Origin: Eledone cirrhosa
Taxonomy: Eukaryota
Length of the DNA: 64,000 nt
Direction: 5' to 3'
Assembly (NCBI GenBank): GCA_964016885.1
Contig: OZ024740.1
Location: 175,522,001-175,586,000, forward strand
In this document: one piece after another, positions 1 to 14,983 of the stretch
Layout of the letters: the number at the start of each line of letters is the position of its first letter
Position numbering within the stretch: position 1 is the first letter of the stretch
Notes under the pieces: model-generated
What the model was told of the DNA's origin: nothing
The model's database searches: none
What the model saw: only the letters and a program-made list of their open reading frames with translations
Program-made: the position numbers and the translations under genes

Positions 1-8
1 TTTCTTGC

Positions 9-1759
9 ATGATTCCTTTGCGGCAGATGGAAATATCACATTCTCCAATGGCTACTGTGAATCAGTCACCGTGCACAACAAACCGGATAGTAGTTGGGCT
101 CTATAGGCCACCCGAAACACCCATACTGCACTTTAAAGAATGCCTCAATAGCATTAAGTGCTTCATTAAACAGTGCCATTCTAGTAACATACTTATGATG
201 GGAGACCTTCATCTCCCCTGTGTTGATTGGTCTACAAACAGTTTGAAACCAGGCACTCCCACCTCAAACGCTGACAAAAAGAGGTAGAGTCACTTCTTGA
301 CTTTATGAATGAGTTTTTCTTGTCTCAACTTGTCCTTGCACCAACAATATTAGAAGAACATTTTGGACCTAGTGTTTAGTATCATCAAGATATTTGAGAG
401 GGTGGCGAGATCACGAATAACCCACTTTCTTGAAAGCAGCAAACTGCTGAAGTCCAACCAACATGGGTTCCGTAATGGAAGGGACTGCCTAACGCAGCTC
501 CTGCATCACTTTGAAGACATTTTGAGAGCTTTCGGAGAGGCCTCTAGCACTGTTGTCATCTACCTTGATTTCAGCAAGGCCTTTGACAGGGTTGATCACA
601 AGATTCTATTGAAAAAACTATCGAACATTGGTGACTCTGGAATGTTACTGTAATGGACCAAGTGTTTTCTGACAGACAGAGCTCAACATGTAGTCGAAGG
701 AGTAAAATCCATCCCAGCCGAAGTCAGTAGTGGCATTCCGCAAGGCACTGTGTTGGGCCCACTTCTTTTCATCATCTATATAAATGACATTACTGACATC
801 ATCAAGCACAGCAACATAAGAATGTTTGCAGATGATTCCAAGCTACAGAAGGTCATCAATGAGTTGGACATGCCTACAGTCAGAACTATTGGCTGTTATC
901 CAATGGGCAGAAAAGAACAATATGCTGCTGAACGAGGATAAATTTGAGTTAATCGACTTTGGAAAAGAGGATGCCCTGAAACGCCCATACTTGCTTCCTT
1001 CAGGTGAAACTCTCGTGGCATCCAACAACATTAGAGACTTGGGAGCAATTGTGGACAACATAAGCTGGGCCACTCATATAAACAGCAAAGTTAACGTGGT
1101 CCGCAGAATATATTCCTGGATTCTTAGAACTTTCCAGTCGAGAGATATCCACACCAATATCCTTCTCTTCTCAACTTTTGACCGACCCCCGCCTTGAATA
1201 CTGTTGTCCACTGTGGTCTCCCCACACGAAACAAAGTATCATGAAAGTTGAAGCACCTCAAAAGTCAATTACAAAAAAAAATAGATGGCATGACAGGACT
1301 TGACTATTGGGCTCGACTAGAAAAGGTCAAACTTTATTCTATCCAACGTCTTCGTGAGCACTACATCATCTGCACGATGTGAAAAATATTCCATCAGCAT
1401 TGCCCAAATGATGTTGGTATCACCTTTAAGGTACACCAAAGGATTGGGCCCGTGCTATCCGCCCACAACAATCACACTCGCATCAATATGGCACAATTAT
1501 TTCACATCAATTGTCTCCGTTCTCTAACATTACACAAAAACACATTAAAACAGAAACAGACTCTATAAAGGTCAATAAGTTTTTGGACAAATTCCTTCAA
1601 GAAATCCCGGATAAACCCCTACACCAGGATATGTCTCCGTAAACAATAACTTTGTAGTTAAGTGGGCCACGGTGTCCAAATCCTGATTAGAAACACTTCG
1701 CCAGGTGGTACTATCAAGTTAGACATGGCATGGCCAATATTGGCCGAAACATATCAAAG

Positions 1760-1760
<1 letters not shown>
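9..1760 (+). mobile_element. Decayed CR1/L2-group non-LTR retrotransposon (endonuclease + RT, internally deleted, 3' end present)
   Basis: ORF pieces with APE motifs (VGLYRPP, MGDLHLP), RT motifs (NQHGFR, YLDFSKAFDRVDH, GIPQGTVLGPLLF, FADD) and C-terminal IRDLG; stops and frameshifts; ends at a (TA)n tract. Confidence 0.9.
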
Positions 1761-1824
<64 letters not shown>

Positions 1825-1945
1825 AAAAACAAAAAATCAGTGATGCATCTGAACTCAATTTATTGTGTGTTACAATTGTTTCGCCGGCGGACAGTTCGAG
1901 ACGTGATCATTGTGTGGATCTGTCTGATTCTGGATCCGCAGGTTC

Positions 1946-2053
<108 letters not shown>

Positions 2054-2059
2054 TATATA

Positions 2060-2340
2060 TATATAAACAAATAGTAGAAAGGAAAAAGATCCTTTCAGTA
2101 GAAAATGTTGACGAGATTTGTTTCAGTGAGATATCAAAACATTCATTTATTTACAATAGCAGTTTCAGCATTAAATGCATTGACAATGCATTTAATGCTG
2201 AAACCGGTATTGTAAATAAATTAATGTTTTGATATCTCACTGAAAAAAATCTCGTCAACATTTTCTACTGAAAGAATCTTTTTCCTTTCTACTACTTGTT
2301 TTTATATATATCAACTCGTGTGTTACCTTTCTCCATTCGA
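2060..2340. mobile_element. Foldback element in (TA)n retaining only the 3' half of an HHR (GAAACCGGTA)
   Basis: About 120-bp inverted arms centred near 2183; TA tracts at both ends. Confidence 0.6.
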
Positions 2341-2468
2341 TATATCTATATATATCTATATATATATATATACACATATATATATGGAGGATTCGGGACC
2401 CCCACACTCTACTAACCCAAGCACTCTAGTGAGTAATGGTCTAACAGGTTTTTACTGCATCCAGCCTG

Positions 2469-2520
<52 letters not shown>

Positions 2521-2623
2521 TGAATTCGGAGACCCGAACTTTACACTAGGTACCACCTGTTACCATTCCATCTCTTCCATCCTCTTTATCTCTATGTACA
2601 ACATGTATTATCTTACTGCCATT

Positions 2624-2741
2624 CTGAGTTCAAATCCCGCCGAGGTTAACTTTGCCTTTCATCCTTACGGGGTCGATAAAATAAAGTACCAGTAATACAC
2701 TGGGAAATTGCTGGCCTTGTGCCAAAAGTAGAAACAATTAT
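2624..2741 (+). mobile_element. tRNA-derived SINE family 1 (5'-truncated)
   Basis: TGAGTTCAAATCCC B-box-like motif followed by GCCTTTCATCCTTACGGGGTCGATAAAATAAAGTACC; near-identical copies at 23373, 31748, 37378, 45093, 45279, 50084, 55389. Confidence 0.85.
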
Positions 2742-4693
2742 CTTACTACAACTTGATCTATATTGTATTTCCCCTTTGCTCTGATTCCTCCGATATGTTC
2801 TTATACACTTTCGTCTTACTACATCACTACCCTAGCTATGAAGACGTTTTATTTATGTATTTTACTTTTTACTTTTATTAGTTTATTAATGTATTTTTAT
2901 CAATGTATTCTTTATCTTTGTATTTTATCTTTGTATCCTGCTTTTATTTATATGTAACTTTCCTTACTCAGGTCATTATGCACCTTTCATAGCCCCCTAC
3001 CCACCAAAGAACCACACTACTTGATGTGGTGGCTTTTCCCGGCTGCGCGATGGGCGCTCGGAAAGTTCAGCCTTCCTTGAGGGCTTGGAAAAATAAATTT
3101 CCCCTCTTTCGGTAAACGAAATTACTCGGAGCGGTTAACTTTGCCCCGGGCCCGCCGCGCCGTCTGTTTTTGTCGCCATATTATACTTATCCCTATAAAC
3201 TCTAGGCTTAGGCATATCTGTTAGCTGTAACATGCCTCTATTGGCACGTAAATAAACCCCTCATGTGTGAATTAATAATATTCGTTTGGTATTGACGATG
3301 GCCTGTCGAAATTGTAGACTTCCCGCTAGCTCACCCGGGGCCTAGTGTAGCTACGTTCCTAGAGTACTCGGAAAAATTAATTTCCATTTCTTTCGCTGGA
3401 CGATGCCTCTCGAAACTGGCTGACACGTGGTTAGGAGGTGCTGGCTGGGATTCACAATCGAAGGCTTTAATCTTTACTCTATTATCCCACCCTGATATCT
3501 TATCGAGAGTAACTTTTTCATATAAGACTCTCTCTGTAAGTTCATTAAATAAATTTTTTTAATTTATTTTCCAATTTTCAATTTAATACTTTTTAATTTA
3601 ATTTCATCCTATAACTCGTAACATAAGTTTAACGTTCCAATTTTCTGTTCACACATTAGATCATACAGACACCCATTATATATGCCTTTGTTAAAATATA
3701 GATTCTTTAGAATAACATTTTTCGCGGCGTTTTCTAGCTTGACTGTAGTGTGACCCTTACGCTGACTTCTTTCTTTTTTTCTTCTTTCTTTCCCTTTTTT
3801 ATTCTTTGACGGAGAGATGGTAGTACATTATAAGCCTTCGCCCCCTCACCAGATGGTCATTAGCAGAACGAGTAGCCATCACTTTGAGGGCGACTGGCCG
3901 AGGTGAAGGCAGCTAGTTGGTCAGTCGTCCCCTTTGTCTCTGATTTTTCGGACCCATGGTTTTTACATATTCCTTTGTTATATTTCGAATACCTGATGAA
4001 ATCACTGGATTCATATGGAACCCGGTCATAGTATAATAAACCTTTCAATGATTTACACCAGTCCAGCCTCCTGTTATTTGTATTGATAATTAACTCCGTA
4101 TTCGCACCACCAACTACTCAAACGAAGACGGGTTAACTGCACTACGTTGAGTACTCTCCACAATATTACACCAAGATTGAGCATACGGAATTCTATCCAG
4201 TGGTGAACCAACAAACCTAAAGCTATATATATATATGCCAAAAACCGGGGGTTGCTTCCCTTGTTGGAAATAAACGTGACAACGAAATGATTGAAAGCTA
4301 TCTATTACGGCGGTAGCATTGAGTTACAGTTCACACCCGTTTGAGGCAAAGAACGAAATGCCTGTCGAGGAAGTGAGTCCTCTGTTCGATAATGGAATAC
4401 CACAAGCTTACGTGTCACGTAAGTTGGATTGATGATTTCGGATTCATAGAAACATATCGGACGTATTGCAGAATATCGTTCGATTTGTCCAGGTCTGTTG
4501 TTTTAACCTGATTAGTTCTTTCGTTGTTTTTGTATTGTATGGTTGGGTTTCGCCTGCCGCAATTTTCAATTTGTCAAGCTATCTAAACGTAATGTTATTA
4601 CTCTGAGGACCTACCCTTATTGTTACTCATTCCTAATTGTAGGTCGACTTTGCTTGGCTATAGCCAAAGCTTCGATTTTACTAAGCTTCCACT

Positions 4694-4739
<46 letters not shown>

Positions 4740-4741
<2 letters not shown>

Positions 4742-5576
4742 AACAAGTAAGACCCCAACGGCTGAGCTCAAGCCGTTTCGACGGCTAATTCTGGACTGAA
4801 TGAAAATTTATTCTGGTATTTAAATAGCCTAGCTTATCAAGGGGTAATTCCATATATGGTCAAAGAGATAATCACCAGGATTTGTCACATCACAAGTTAG
4901 TAGTAAATCTGTGATGGCAAATTAGTGGGCGAAGGGGTAGCTAAACCTGCCGGTAGGAGAAAATGGGAGAGGGTGTGGAGTAGACCCATTCATGCGTTGG
5001 TAGTGCCGGCTACAGCTGGGCGTGAGGTCAAAGAGGATACTGTGGAGGGGGAGGGGGAGGAAGTCGAAACGGTAAGTAGAACAATGAAGGGTAAAACTAT
5101 AAAAAGTACTGAGAATGAAAAAAAAAAAGAAGAAGCAAAGTCTGGTTACTAAGACTTAAGTCTCTCGCTATTGCTAGGCTAAAGAAATACATAAATAAAT
5201 AAATAAACAAATAAATGAATAAAAGAATAGATAAATAAATAAAAAAATATAATAAAGAATAAAAAATAAATAATAATAATAAAAATAATAGACTAGGTGG
5301 GACGGAAATAAAGGGACCCTTATAAGAGGTATAAGTGCGTGTATCGTACGGTGACGGGCCAAAATACTAAAGAGACTACCACGAAATAATAAAGGTTTCT
5401 ACCCCAATCACAGGGCCAGCAACCACCCAAAGCAAGAAAGTAAACTAGTACGAGAATATAATTCAGGGTCCCGAAAAAAATATTAATGCTAACTCTAAGG
5501 GTACCGCCACGAAACAAAAAGTATTGAGTACTTTGGTGCGTTATGGTCCACCTGGTTCCTTACCACATTTCCTTCG

Positions 5577-5578
<2 letters not shown>
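4740..5578 (-). mobile_element. HHR-bearing non-autonomous element, family A
   Basis: Flanked by (TA)n; homologous to 7986-9085 in opposite orientation; shared terminus AACGAAGGAAATGTGGTAAGGAACCAGG. Confidence 0.8.
4752..4845 (-). ncRNA. Type I hammerhead ribozyme, U3-A8 core variant
   Basis: ACCCC-TTGATAA-stem II(GGCTA/TAGCC)-GAAA-stem III(ACGGCT/AGCCGT)-T-GGGGT. Confidence 0.8.
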
Positions 5579-5657
<79 letters not shown>

Positions 5658-5742
5658 TAAGTTATTCCGGGTTGAATCGGAGGTAACAACAGTAACTCAG
5701 GTACTCAATACAAAGCAGAGTATAAAATATTTAATATAGATG

Positions 5743-5793
5743 AGATTCTACAGGACTAGAACTGTTTCATACTTGAGAAATCATCAGAAATTT
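5743..5793 (-). ncRNA. Type I hammerhead ribozyme (inverted copy of 6486)
   Basis: CTGATGA..GAAA, stem III ACAG/CTGT, GUA; stems I and II have mismatches. Confidence 0.7.
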
Positions 5794-6485
5794 GACTGTC
5801 TAACTAAATGTGGTGGTATTTATATCTTTTCTGGTGGTAGAAGAGGGTGGGGAGTGGGATGGGTGGAGGTCATTGTTTGAAAGAAAAGGGAATTCATTAA
5901 AAGCTTATTCTTTAAAGCTATAATTTATATTTAGAGTGACAAAGGCAGAAAGAATTCTATAAACAAGTTCAAATTGGGGTGCCACTCCTTATTTTTAAGT
6001 TTCTCTTAAGCCAACAATGCCTATATTTCAGGTGTCTATAAGATGGTTGGGGGTCAGTCATCGTTGATGGGTTTAAAGAAAAGGGAAATTCTTTAAAAGC
6101 TGATTCTTTAAAGCTCTACTTAGAGTGACAAAGGCAGAAAGAATTCTATAAATTCTAAGTAGAGCTTTAAAGAATTAGCAGTTAAAGAATTTCCTTTTTC
6201 TTTAAATCCATCAACCATGACCGACCCCACAACCATCTTATAGACACCTGAAATATAGGCATTGTTGGCTTAAGAGAAACTTAAAAATAAGGAGTGGCAC
6301 CCCAATTTGAACTTGTTTATAGAATTCTTTCTGTCTTTGTCACTCTAAATATAAATTATAGCTTTAAAGAATTAGCTTTTAATGAATTCCCTTTTCTTTC
6401 AACCAATGACCTCCACCCATCCCACTCCCGACCCTCTCCTACCACCAGAAAAGATATAAATACCATCACATTTATTTGGAGAGTC

Positions 6486-6536
6486 AGATTCCTGATGATT
6501 TCTCAAGAATGAAACAGTTCTAGTCCTGTAGAATCT
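6486..6536 (+). ncRNA. Type I hammerhead ribozyme
   Basis: AGATTC-CTGATGA-T-TTCT/AGAA-T-GAAA-ACAG/CTGT-A-GAATCT. Confidence 0.85.
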
Positions 6537-6861
6537 CATCTATATTAAAACTATATATATATATATATGTATGTATACATATATGGTTTCTCTCATAACT
6601 GCAGCCATATTGAGGCATCTTTTATAAGGGTTTTATTGATTGTATCTAAAAGAATTTTGGTTTCAGTCCAGAACTTATTTTATCGATATCTGCTTTTTGA
6701 ACCGCTAAATTACAGACATAAAGGTTATATAACAGCAAAATGACAAAAATATCGAAATAAAATTTATATCGAATCTTGAAGTTTAGATTCTTCAGCGCAA
6801 CAATGCAGAGTGCATTGTTGCATGTTGCCGAAATATGAACATTAACAAAGGATCCCCAAAC

Positions 6862-6983
6862 AGGTTGGATGGTGTCTACATAAGATTGTTACGTGTAGCA
6901 CTCAATATGGTGTGGAGGGAACATAAAACCTATGCTGAACTTTATGGCAATCTACCACCAGTATCAACTACGTTGCGCCAAAG
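6862..6983 (+). mobile_element. RTE-type LINE C-terminal fragment
   Basis: Translates RLDGVYIRLLRVALNMVWREHKTYAELYGNLPPVSTTLRQ. Confidence 0.65.
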
Positions 6984-7096
6984 TAATGATATGGAATCCT
7001 AGTCATTGATTAACTGGAACAGGACATTGTATAGAATTGGATAAAATGCCTGCTGCTCTGTTGTGCCTACTGGAGATCACATTTTGGGAACATAAA

Positions 7097-7135
<39 letters not shown>

Positions 7136-7597
7136 GCGCGCACGCACGCACGCACGCACGTACGCACGTACGCACGCACGCACGCACGCACGCACGCACA
7201 CGCACGCACACGCACACGCACACGCACACACACACACACACATTGTTTAAGTTTCAGATAGTACAATTTGTGTAGACAACATATTTACCCCCATTCACTA
7301 GATAGCTGGAGGAACTAACTGTAAACATGTAACCAGTAAAAATTATTAGCCAATAACAATATGGTTGTTAGGCTAATAGCGATATTGTCTAATGTCAGAC
7401 ACGCAAGACAACTGGTGAATCTTGGCAGACCTTCTTTGTCTGCCTGTAGCCTATATTATAGACAAAATGTACTGACCTTAACATTCATGATGAATAATAA
7501 GCTATATTATACCACAGCCTCGAGTTCACCAATGATTTGTGAGTGGAACTTTGTAGACGGAAATGTAAATCTAATTAATGACTGAAACAAGTAAAAT

Positions 7598-7655
<58 letters not shown>

Positions 7656-7660
7656 CTTTG

Positions 7661-7737
7661 CACATGCTGATGACCCACTAAGCCGATTTGGAACCCACTG
7701 TATGGCGAAACAATCTCCCAGTGAATTTGTACATGTG
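7661..7737 (+). ncRNA. Type I hammerhead ribozyme
   Basis: CACATG-CTGATGA-(CCA/TGG)-GAAA-ACAA/TTGT-A-CATGTG, inside a TA-flanked unit at about 7651-7940. Confidence 0.8.
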
Positions 7738-7932
7738 TGACTTAGTTATGAGGTTGGTTTCTCATTTTAATTTCTACTTTTAATTATAATGTTTTTTTAT
7801 ACCTCTCTTAGCTTATATTATCTTCACGCTGGTGGTTTAACATCCTGTAAATGAAAAAACACATTCTCCTATATTTTACCCCTCTATATATTGATTACAG
7901 GAATATACGCGAGTCCTTTACTCCGTCATTTT

Positions 7933-7985
<53 letters not shown>

Positions 7986-7987
<2 letters not shown>

Positions 7988-9085
7988 CGAAGGAAATGTG
8001 GTAAGGAACCAGGTGGACCATAACGCTCCAAAGTACTCAATACTTGGGGTAGTAGAGTGGGTAATAGGAACCGGTAAGACCCCCACCCCCTCCCCTAGTC
8101 TATGATAGATTTGGCGGACTCCGCTTTTTATAGCAGTTGGTTTAGACCCCGGATACTTGCCCCATTTTCCCGACCGCTCCCACTATTTTCCGTGCCTTCT
8201 ATATTTCTTAGTGGCACTTATGCCTTATTTTCTCGTTCCAGTATTTCTTTCTTCGCTTTTCTTTTGGGCGGGGTGGATCCTGAATTTATTTTTCCGTATT
8301 CCACCCTTACTTCGTACGAACTTTCATGTAGCTTGTTTAAGATCTTTTAGAGTTAGCATTAGTATATTTTTTTCGGGACTCAGAATTATTATCTCGTACT
8401 AGTTTACTTTGCTGCACTGGGTGGTTGCTGGCATTGTGCCCGGGATAGAAACCTTTATTATTTGTTTCGTGGTAGTCTCTTTAGTATTTTGGCCCCACTT
8501 GTTGACCCGTCACCGTATGATTTACGTACTTATACCTCTTAAAAGGGTCCTCGCCTATCCGTCCCACCTAGTTCTTTTACTTATTTCGTTATTTCTTTAT
8601 TTATTTCTTTACTTCTTTACTTCTTTCTTTCTTTCTTTATTTATTTATCTAGCCTAACAATAGCTAGAGACTTAGGTCGTAGAATTTACTTTTTTCTTTA
8701 CACTTATTCGCTTTTCTTCACTCCCAGTATTTTTTCTTTCATATATATTTTTACCCCTCATTGGTCTACCTACTGTTCCGACTTCCTCCCCCTCCCCCTC
8801 CCCAGTATCTTCTTTGACCTCATGCCCAGCTGTAGCTGGCACTACTAACGCTTGATTGGGTCTACTCCACCCCCTCCCCTCTTTCTCCTACTGGCAGGTT
8901 TAGCCACCATCTCCCTACTAATTTGCTATCACAGAATTACTACTGACTTTTGACAATCACTTTGACCATATATGGAATTACCCCTTGAGAAGATCGGCTA
9001 TTTAAATACCAGGATAAATTTTCGTTTAGTCCAGAATTAGCCGTCGAAACGGCTTGAGCTCAGCAGTCGGGGTCTTACCGGTTCC
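7986..9085 (+). mobile_element. HHR-bearing non-autonomous element, family A, with inverted 3' tail at its left end
   Basis: TA-flanked; 8064-8083 is the reverse complement of 9069-9088. Confidence 0.8.
8980..9073 (+). ncRNA. Type I hammerhead ribozyme, U3-A8 core variant
   Basis: ACCCC-TTGAGAA-GA(T)CGGCTA/TAGCCGTC-GAAA-stem III-GTC-GGGGT. Confidence 0.8.
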
Positions 9086-9163
9086 TATATATATATATAT
9101 ATAACTAAGTCAGAATCAAATCTCTGGATTAGAGTTTTAAATTACCAACCTTATAACTATAAG

Positions 9164-9240
9164 TTTGCTGATACGAATCTCGCTTCGTTTCATCACCGAC
9201 ATGTGCAGTATAACAGCCCACAGGATCCTCAGTCAGCAAA
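9164..9240 (-). ncRNA. Type I hammerhead ribozyme
   Basis: 8-bp stem I TTTGCTGA/TCAGCAAA, CTGAGGA, GAAA, stem III ACGAA/TTCGT, GUA. Confidence 0.8.
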
Positions 9241-9417
9241 TGTGGATACTGTTCACGACACATCTAACCTCATGGATAGAGAGAAAGCATTTGAGCTCAG
9301 AAGAAAATTCTCTATTCTTCTTTGAGCTAATACTATTATTATTATTACAGTGAATAATAATAATAGTATTAGCTCAAAGAAGAATAGAGAATTTTCTTCT
9401 GAGCTCAAATGCAAATA

Positions 9418-9489
<72 letters not shown>

Positions 9490-9527
9490 TGTTGCTATTA
9501 TGTTTCCTCCCGTTGTATTGTATATAT

Positions 9528-9572
<45 letters not shown>

Positions 9573-9603
9573 TACATATATATATATGTATATATATACA
9601 TAT

Positions 9604-9696
<93 letters not shown>

Positions 9697-10077
9697 GAAA
9701 ACAGACTAAATAAAGATGGCGTAAGCATACAATACAACGGGAGGAAACATAATAGCAACACTGTCGATGCTGCAGATGTGCAACGAAAGAACTTTGATAG
9801 ACTATATATATGTGTTTGTGTCTATATTGTATCTGTATTTTTGACCGTTGGTCAGTCAATGGCAACATTGAGGACCGAATAAATTAAATTAACCGATATA
9901 AAAGAAACAGAAGCGAAAACAGTGAGTGTGTTCTGTTATTAATTCTGGCAATATTACACAAATATGACCCTCCCCAAGTAAAACAACATTTGTTTCGACA
10001 CACGATTTCATATTAAAAACCTCGCAAAACTAATTCATCGCCGTTATATATATATACATATATACATAGATACATAT

Positions 10078-10226
<149 letters not shown>

Positions 10227-10230
10227 TATA

Positions 10231-10915
<685 letters not shown>

Positions 10916-10916
10916 G

Positions 10917-10969
<53 letters not shown>

Positions 10970-10979
10970 ATATGTATAC

Positions 10980-11035
<56 letters not shown>

Positions 11036-11062
11036 CTATATATATATATTTATATATATATA

Positions 11063-11115
<53 letters not shown>

Positions 11116-12270
11116 TAGAGTAAAACATGTCAAGAGAATTATTTGATAATATATATACACCATCTCTATTCCCAATCAGCATAATTAACCACACAAAAAA
11201 TCGATTAGACCAGACTATAAGAATAAAAAGCATCTATGAAGAAGTAGTAAATAAATATACCATTGCGGCGTATTCGCGCACAACCGCTATAGAATATTTA
11301 CCCAACATTTCAACAGCACGTGGAAATTAATTAAACATACGGCCAACTTTACATAATTAGGTAAAAATTAATGTTTGAAATGCTTATATACATACCAGGA
11401 TCAAATCACTAAATCCCGACCGTTCGGGTTTCGCTCCCTTTTGAGATACCTTATTAGCAAATACTCGAGTGTTAGAGCTCTTCAGGGGACAAACTCGCTA
11501 GAACATATTATTTTCCGAAGTGGCCCCCGCCAAACACGAATTCAAAATGGTTGAAATCTGTGAGGTGGCAGTGCTCAAGTCAGGAAAGGTGTGATTGGTT
11601 GCTTACGGCGAGTGGGTTGGTTTGGTTGCTAGAAAGTGCAGCTTAATATTGCCCAAATTTTATCTCAACCTTATGGGAGATTATTAAATATAAAAATATT
11701 TACAAATACACCAATTAAACAAAGTCAGAGGTATATATGTGTTTTGGCAACTTTTCACGTTGTGGCTCAATGAAGAATTAATAAATTAAACAATCAGAGC
11801 AAAATACTAGAGTAAAACATGTCCAGAGAATTATTTGATAATATATATACACCATCTCTATTCCCAATCAGCAAAAAATGTATATAAGCATTTCCAACAT
11901 TAATTTTTACCTAATTATGTATGGTTGACCGTATATTTAATTAATTCCCACGTGCTGTTAAAATCTTGGGTAAATATTCTATAGCGGTTGTGCGCGAAGA
12001 CGCCGCAATGGTATATTTATTTACTATTTCTTCATAGATGCCTGCCTTTTATTCTTATAGCCTGGTCTAATCGATTTTTTGTGTGGTTAATTATGCTGAT
12101 TGGGAATAGAGATGGTGTATATATATTATCAAATAACTCTTCTGGACATGTTTTACTCTAGTATTTTGCTCTGATTGTTTAATTTATTAATTCTTCATTG
12201 AGCTACAACGTGAAAAGTTGCCAAAACACATATATACCTCTGACTTTGTTTCATTGGTGTATGTGTAAAT
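11116..12270. mobile_element. HHR element family C (direct then inverted copy)
   Basis: 11116-11180 repeated at 11806-11873; 11878-12270 inverted; related to 20870-22197. Confidence 0.75.
11413..11490 (-). ncRNA. Type I hammerhead ribozyme
   Basis: GTCCC-CTGAAGA-GCTC/GAGC-GAAA-ACC/GGT-C-GGGAT. Confidence 0.85.
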
Positions 12271-12279
12271 ATATCTATA

Positions 12280-12333
<54 letters not shown>

Positions 12334-12679
12334 CCTTCTATAGATTTAGAAAAATAACCAATAATATATTCTATAAAAAATGTCAAAACAACAGATGGGA
12401 ATCTAATTACTCACTGCCACCAAGAATTCTCACTGCTATCGAAAAACCACTCCTTCAACTATTCTTCTAACAACTTCACCCCTCCCTCCTAATATTCTCT
12501 ATAAAAACTAAATAGGTCCTCAGTAATATTATTCTGATGAAATGACAGTAAATAATAACATTGAAATATTGAATGTCTGCATAACTAAAAGTTTGTAGAT
12601 AGCTGTTTTAGGTTATGTAACTGTTATAGAAACACGTGTCAATAAATTCCTTTCAACTAAACTGTATCCATTCAAATCT

Positions 12680-12764
<85 letters not shown>

Positions 12765-12977
12765 GATAAATATTCACGGGTGTGTATGATTGTGTATAGA
12801 TGATTATATTAATAAAAGGAATTCCAACTTTGTCTGATTTACTCGTTTTATTTACAATCCTTTAAAATTTATAATGGTATTAGAATGAAATAGTATGGTA
12901 GAATATCAAGTTTGCAATTTTCAACTGTTCAAATATACACAGTTGAAAATTGCAAACTTGACTGTCACCACAAAATA

Positions 12978-13016
12978 TGAACCTGAAGATTGCGAAAGCA
13001 TGAAAGTACTTGTTCA
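12978..13016 (+). ncRNA. 39-nt minimal hammerhead ribozyme in foldback 12765-13135
   Basis: TGAAC-CTGAAGA-T-TGC-GAAA-GCA-T-GAAAGTACTT-GTTCA. Confidence 0.85.
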
Positions 13017-13452
13017 ATTAACACTTAACATTTAATATTCTACCATACTATTTCATTCTAATACCATTATAAATTTTAAAGGATTGTAAATAAAACGAGT
13101 AAATCAGACAAAGCTGGAATTCCTTTTATTAATATATATATATATACATATATACATATATGCATAAGAGAACATTAGTCTACGACCTCTTTTATACCAT
13201 AAACGTGGTTTTGTCTTTGCGCGTAATTGTTTTTCACCGCTCCTATTAATGACGTATTATTCGTTTTTTCCCGTTCTTTGCCAGCGAACGTTACCACGAA
13301 CCAAAGTATCGTCTTCCTGTCTTCCTCCGGTTGCAGCGTTTTTTGAAATATCCAGTTCTGTGTTTACAGATTGACTTTGTTAGTTTCAGAAGATCCCGTT
13401 AAGGGTGAAAGCAGCGATTCTTTGCTTAAACTTTAATCTGTTATTTTAATAA

Positions 13453-13656
<204 letters not shown>

Positions 13657-13768
13657 GTATATATATATATATATACACACACACATATATATATATATAT
13701 TATGAAGAGAGAAGAAACATTAGATATAATTAGTAATAAGATATATCATACCTAAACTGCTTCTATAG

Positions 13769-13861
13769 TCCCCGACTACGTAGTTTCGTGCCATATTATG
13801 CAAAAACACTAGATCATAGAGATATAGAGTCTTTGTGAGGTCTGGCGACTTATCAAGAGGA
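13769..13861 (-). ncRNA. Type I hammerhead ribozyme, U3-A8 core variant
   Basis: TCCTC-TTGATAA-GT(C)GCCA/TGGCAC-GAAACTACGTAGTC-GGGGA. Confidence 0.8.
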
Positions 13862-14352
13862 TACCTCATTAAGGATTTCAAAACACGTCTGTGATGCGCG
13901 AAATATAATCTCGAAAAGTCGGAGAGGGGTCAATCACGTGATACAGCGTTCAAGAAACAGAGCTAAGCCCCTTATAACCCTGAAAAAAATACCACGGAGG
14001 CGGAGGGGGTATTTATATCAAAGCCGTAGAAGAGGTGGTTTGAGGAGGCGAGAAGTATGAGTAATGGTCGCTTTCCAGCAGTCACTACACTTCAAAGGTT
14101 ACTCGACCAAAGGGAGTTATAAACAATATATACAGAAACACAAAGATACATGCGGACACATACATACACGTGAATATATCCACGAGTTAGTGGTACCAAC
14201 CTCAACCGATGTTGCTCTATGAATAACTGGGAAAACCAATCCGAATGGATTTGACTGATTTAGTATAAGAGCTATATAATACATTATGAAGAGAGAAGAA
14301 ACATTAGAAATAATTAGTAATAAGATATATCATACCTAAACTGCTTCTATAG

Positions 14353-14445
14353 TCCCCGACTACGTAGTTTCGTGGCATATTATGCAAAAAGACTACATCA
14401 TAGAGATATAGAGTTTTTGTGAGGTGAGTCGACTTATCAGGAGTA
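14353..14445 (-). ncRNA. Hammerhead copy with C3/A8 mismatch (probably inactive)
   Basis: CTGATAA core; same stem III as 13769. Confidence 0.6.
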
Positions 14446-14567
14446 TATCTCATTAAGGATTTCAAAACACGTCTGTGATGCGCGAGATAGAATCTCGAAA
14501 AGGCGGAAGGGGAGTCAATCACGTGATACAGCGGTCAAGAAACAGAGATAAGCCCCTTATAACCCTG

Positions 14568-14624
<57 letters not shown>

Positions 14625-14709
14625 GAAATATGGATAGGTAAATATTTTAATTATATATTTTGAATTTATTTTGAAAGATTGTTTGTATTTTACTTGTTAC
14701 GCTTATTTC

Positions 14710-14821
<112 letters not shown>

Positions 14822-14904
14822 GCGATAAGCGTAACAAGTAAAGTTCAAACAATCTTTCAAAATAAATTCAAAATATATAATTAAAATATTTACCTATCCA
14901 TATT

Positions 14905-14983
14905 GCTTTTACCGACGGTTTTGCCTCACAAAAGATTGTAAATCCGAGGGACTTTCAATGGAAAGTTCGGCTCTTCAGAAACC
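14905..14983 (-). ncRNA. Degenerate hammerhead (G12>A) in element 14817-15300
   Basis: TTT-CTGAAGA-GCC/GGC-AAAA-ACCG/CGGT-A-AAAG. Confidence 0.65.

Larger units (their letters stand above)
5656..6553. mobile_element. Foldback element with two HHRs
   Basis: About 400-bp inverted arms (5731-6150 / 6155-6550), TA-flanked, extra tail on the left. Confidence 0.8.
13700..14567 (-). mobile_element. HHR element with 584-bp-period direct repeats
   Basis: 13700-13982 repeated at 14284-14567; TA-flanked. Confidence 0.8.

Noticed and set aside
3986-4105. CTGATGA at about 3993 and TTGACGA..GAAA at about 3292 as hammerheads
   Set aside because: Could not place a GAAA or a consistent stem I/III; the surrounding unit may still belong to the system because it has the tail motif
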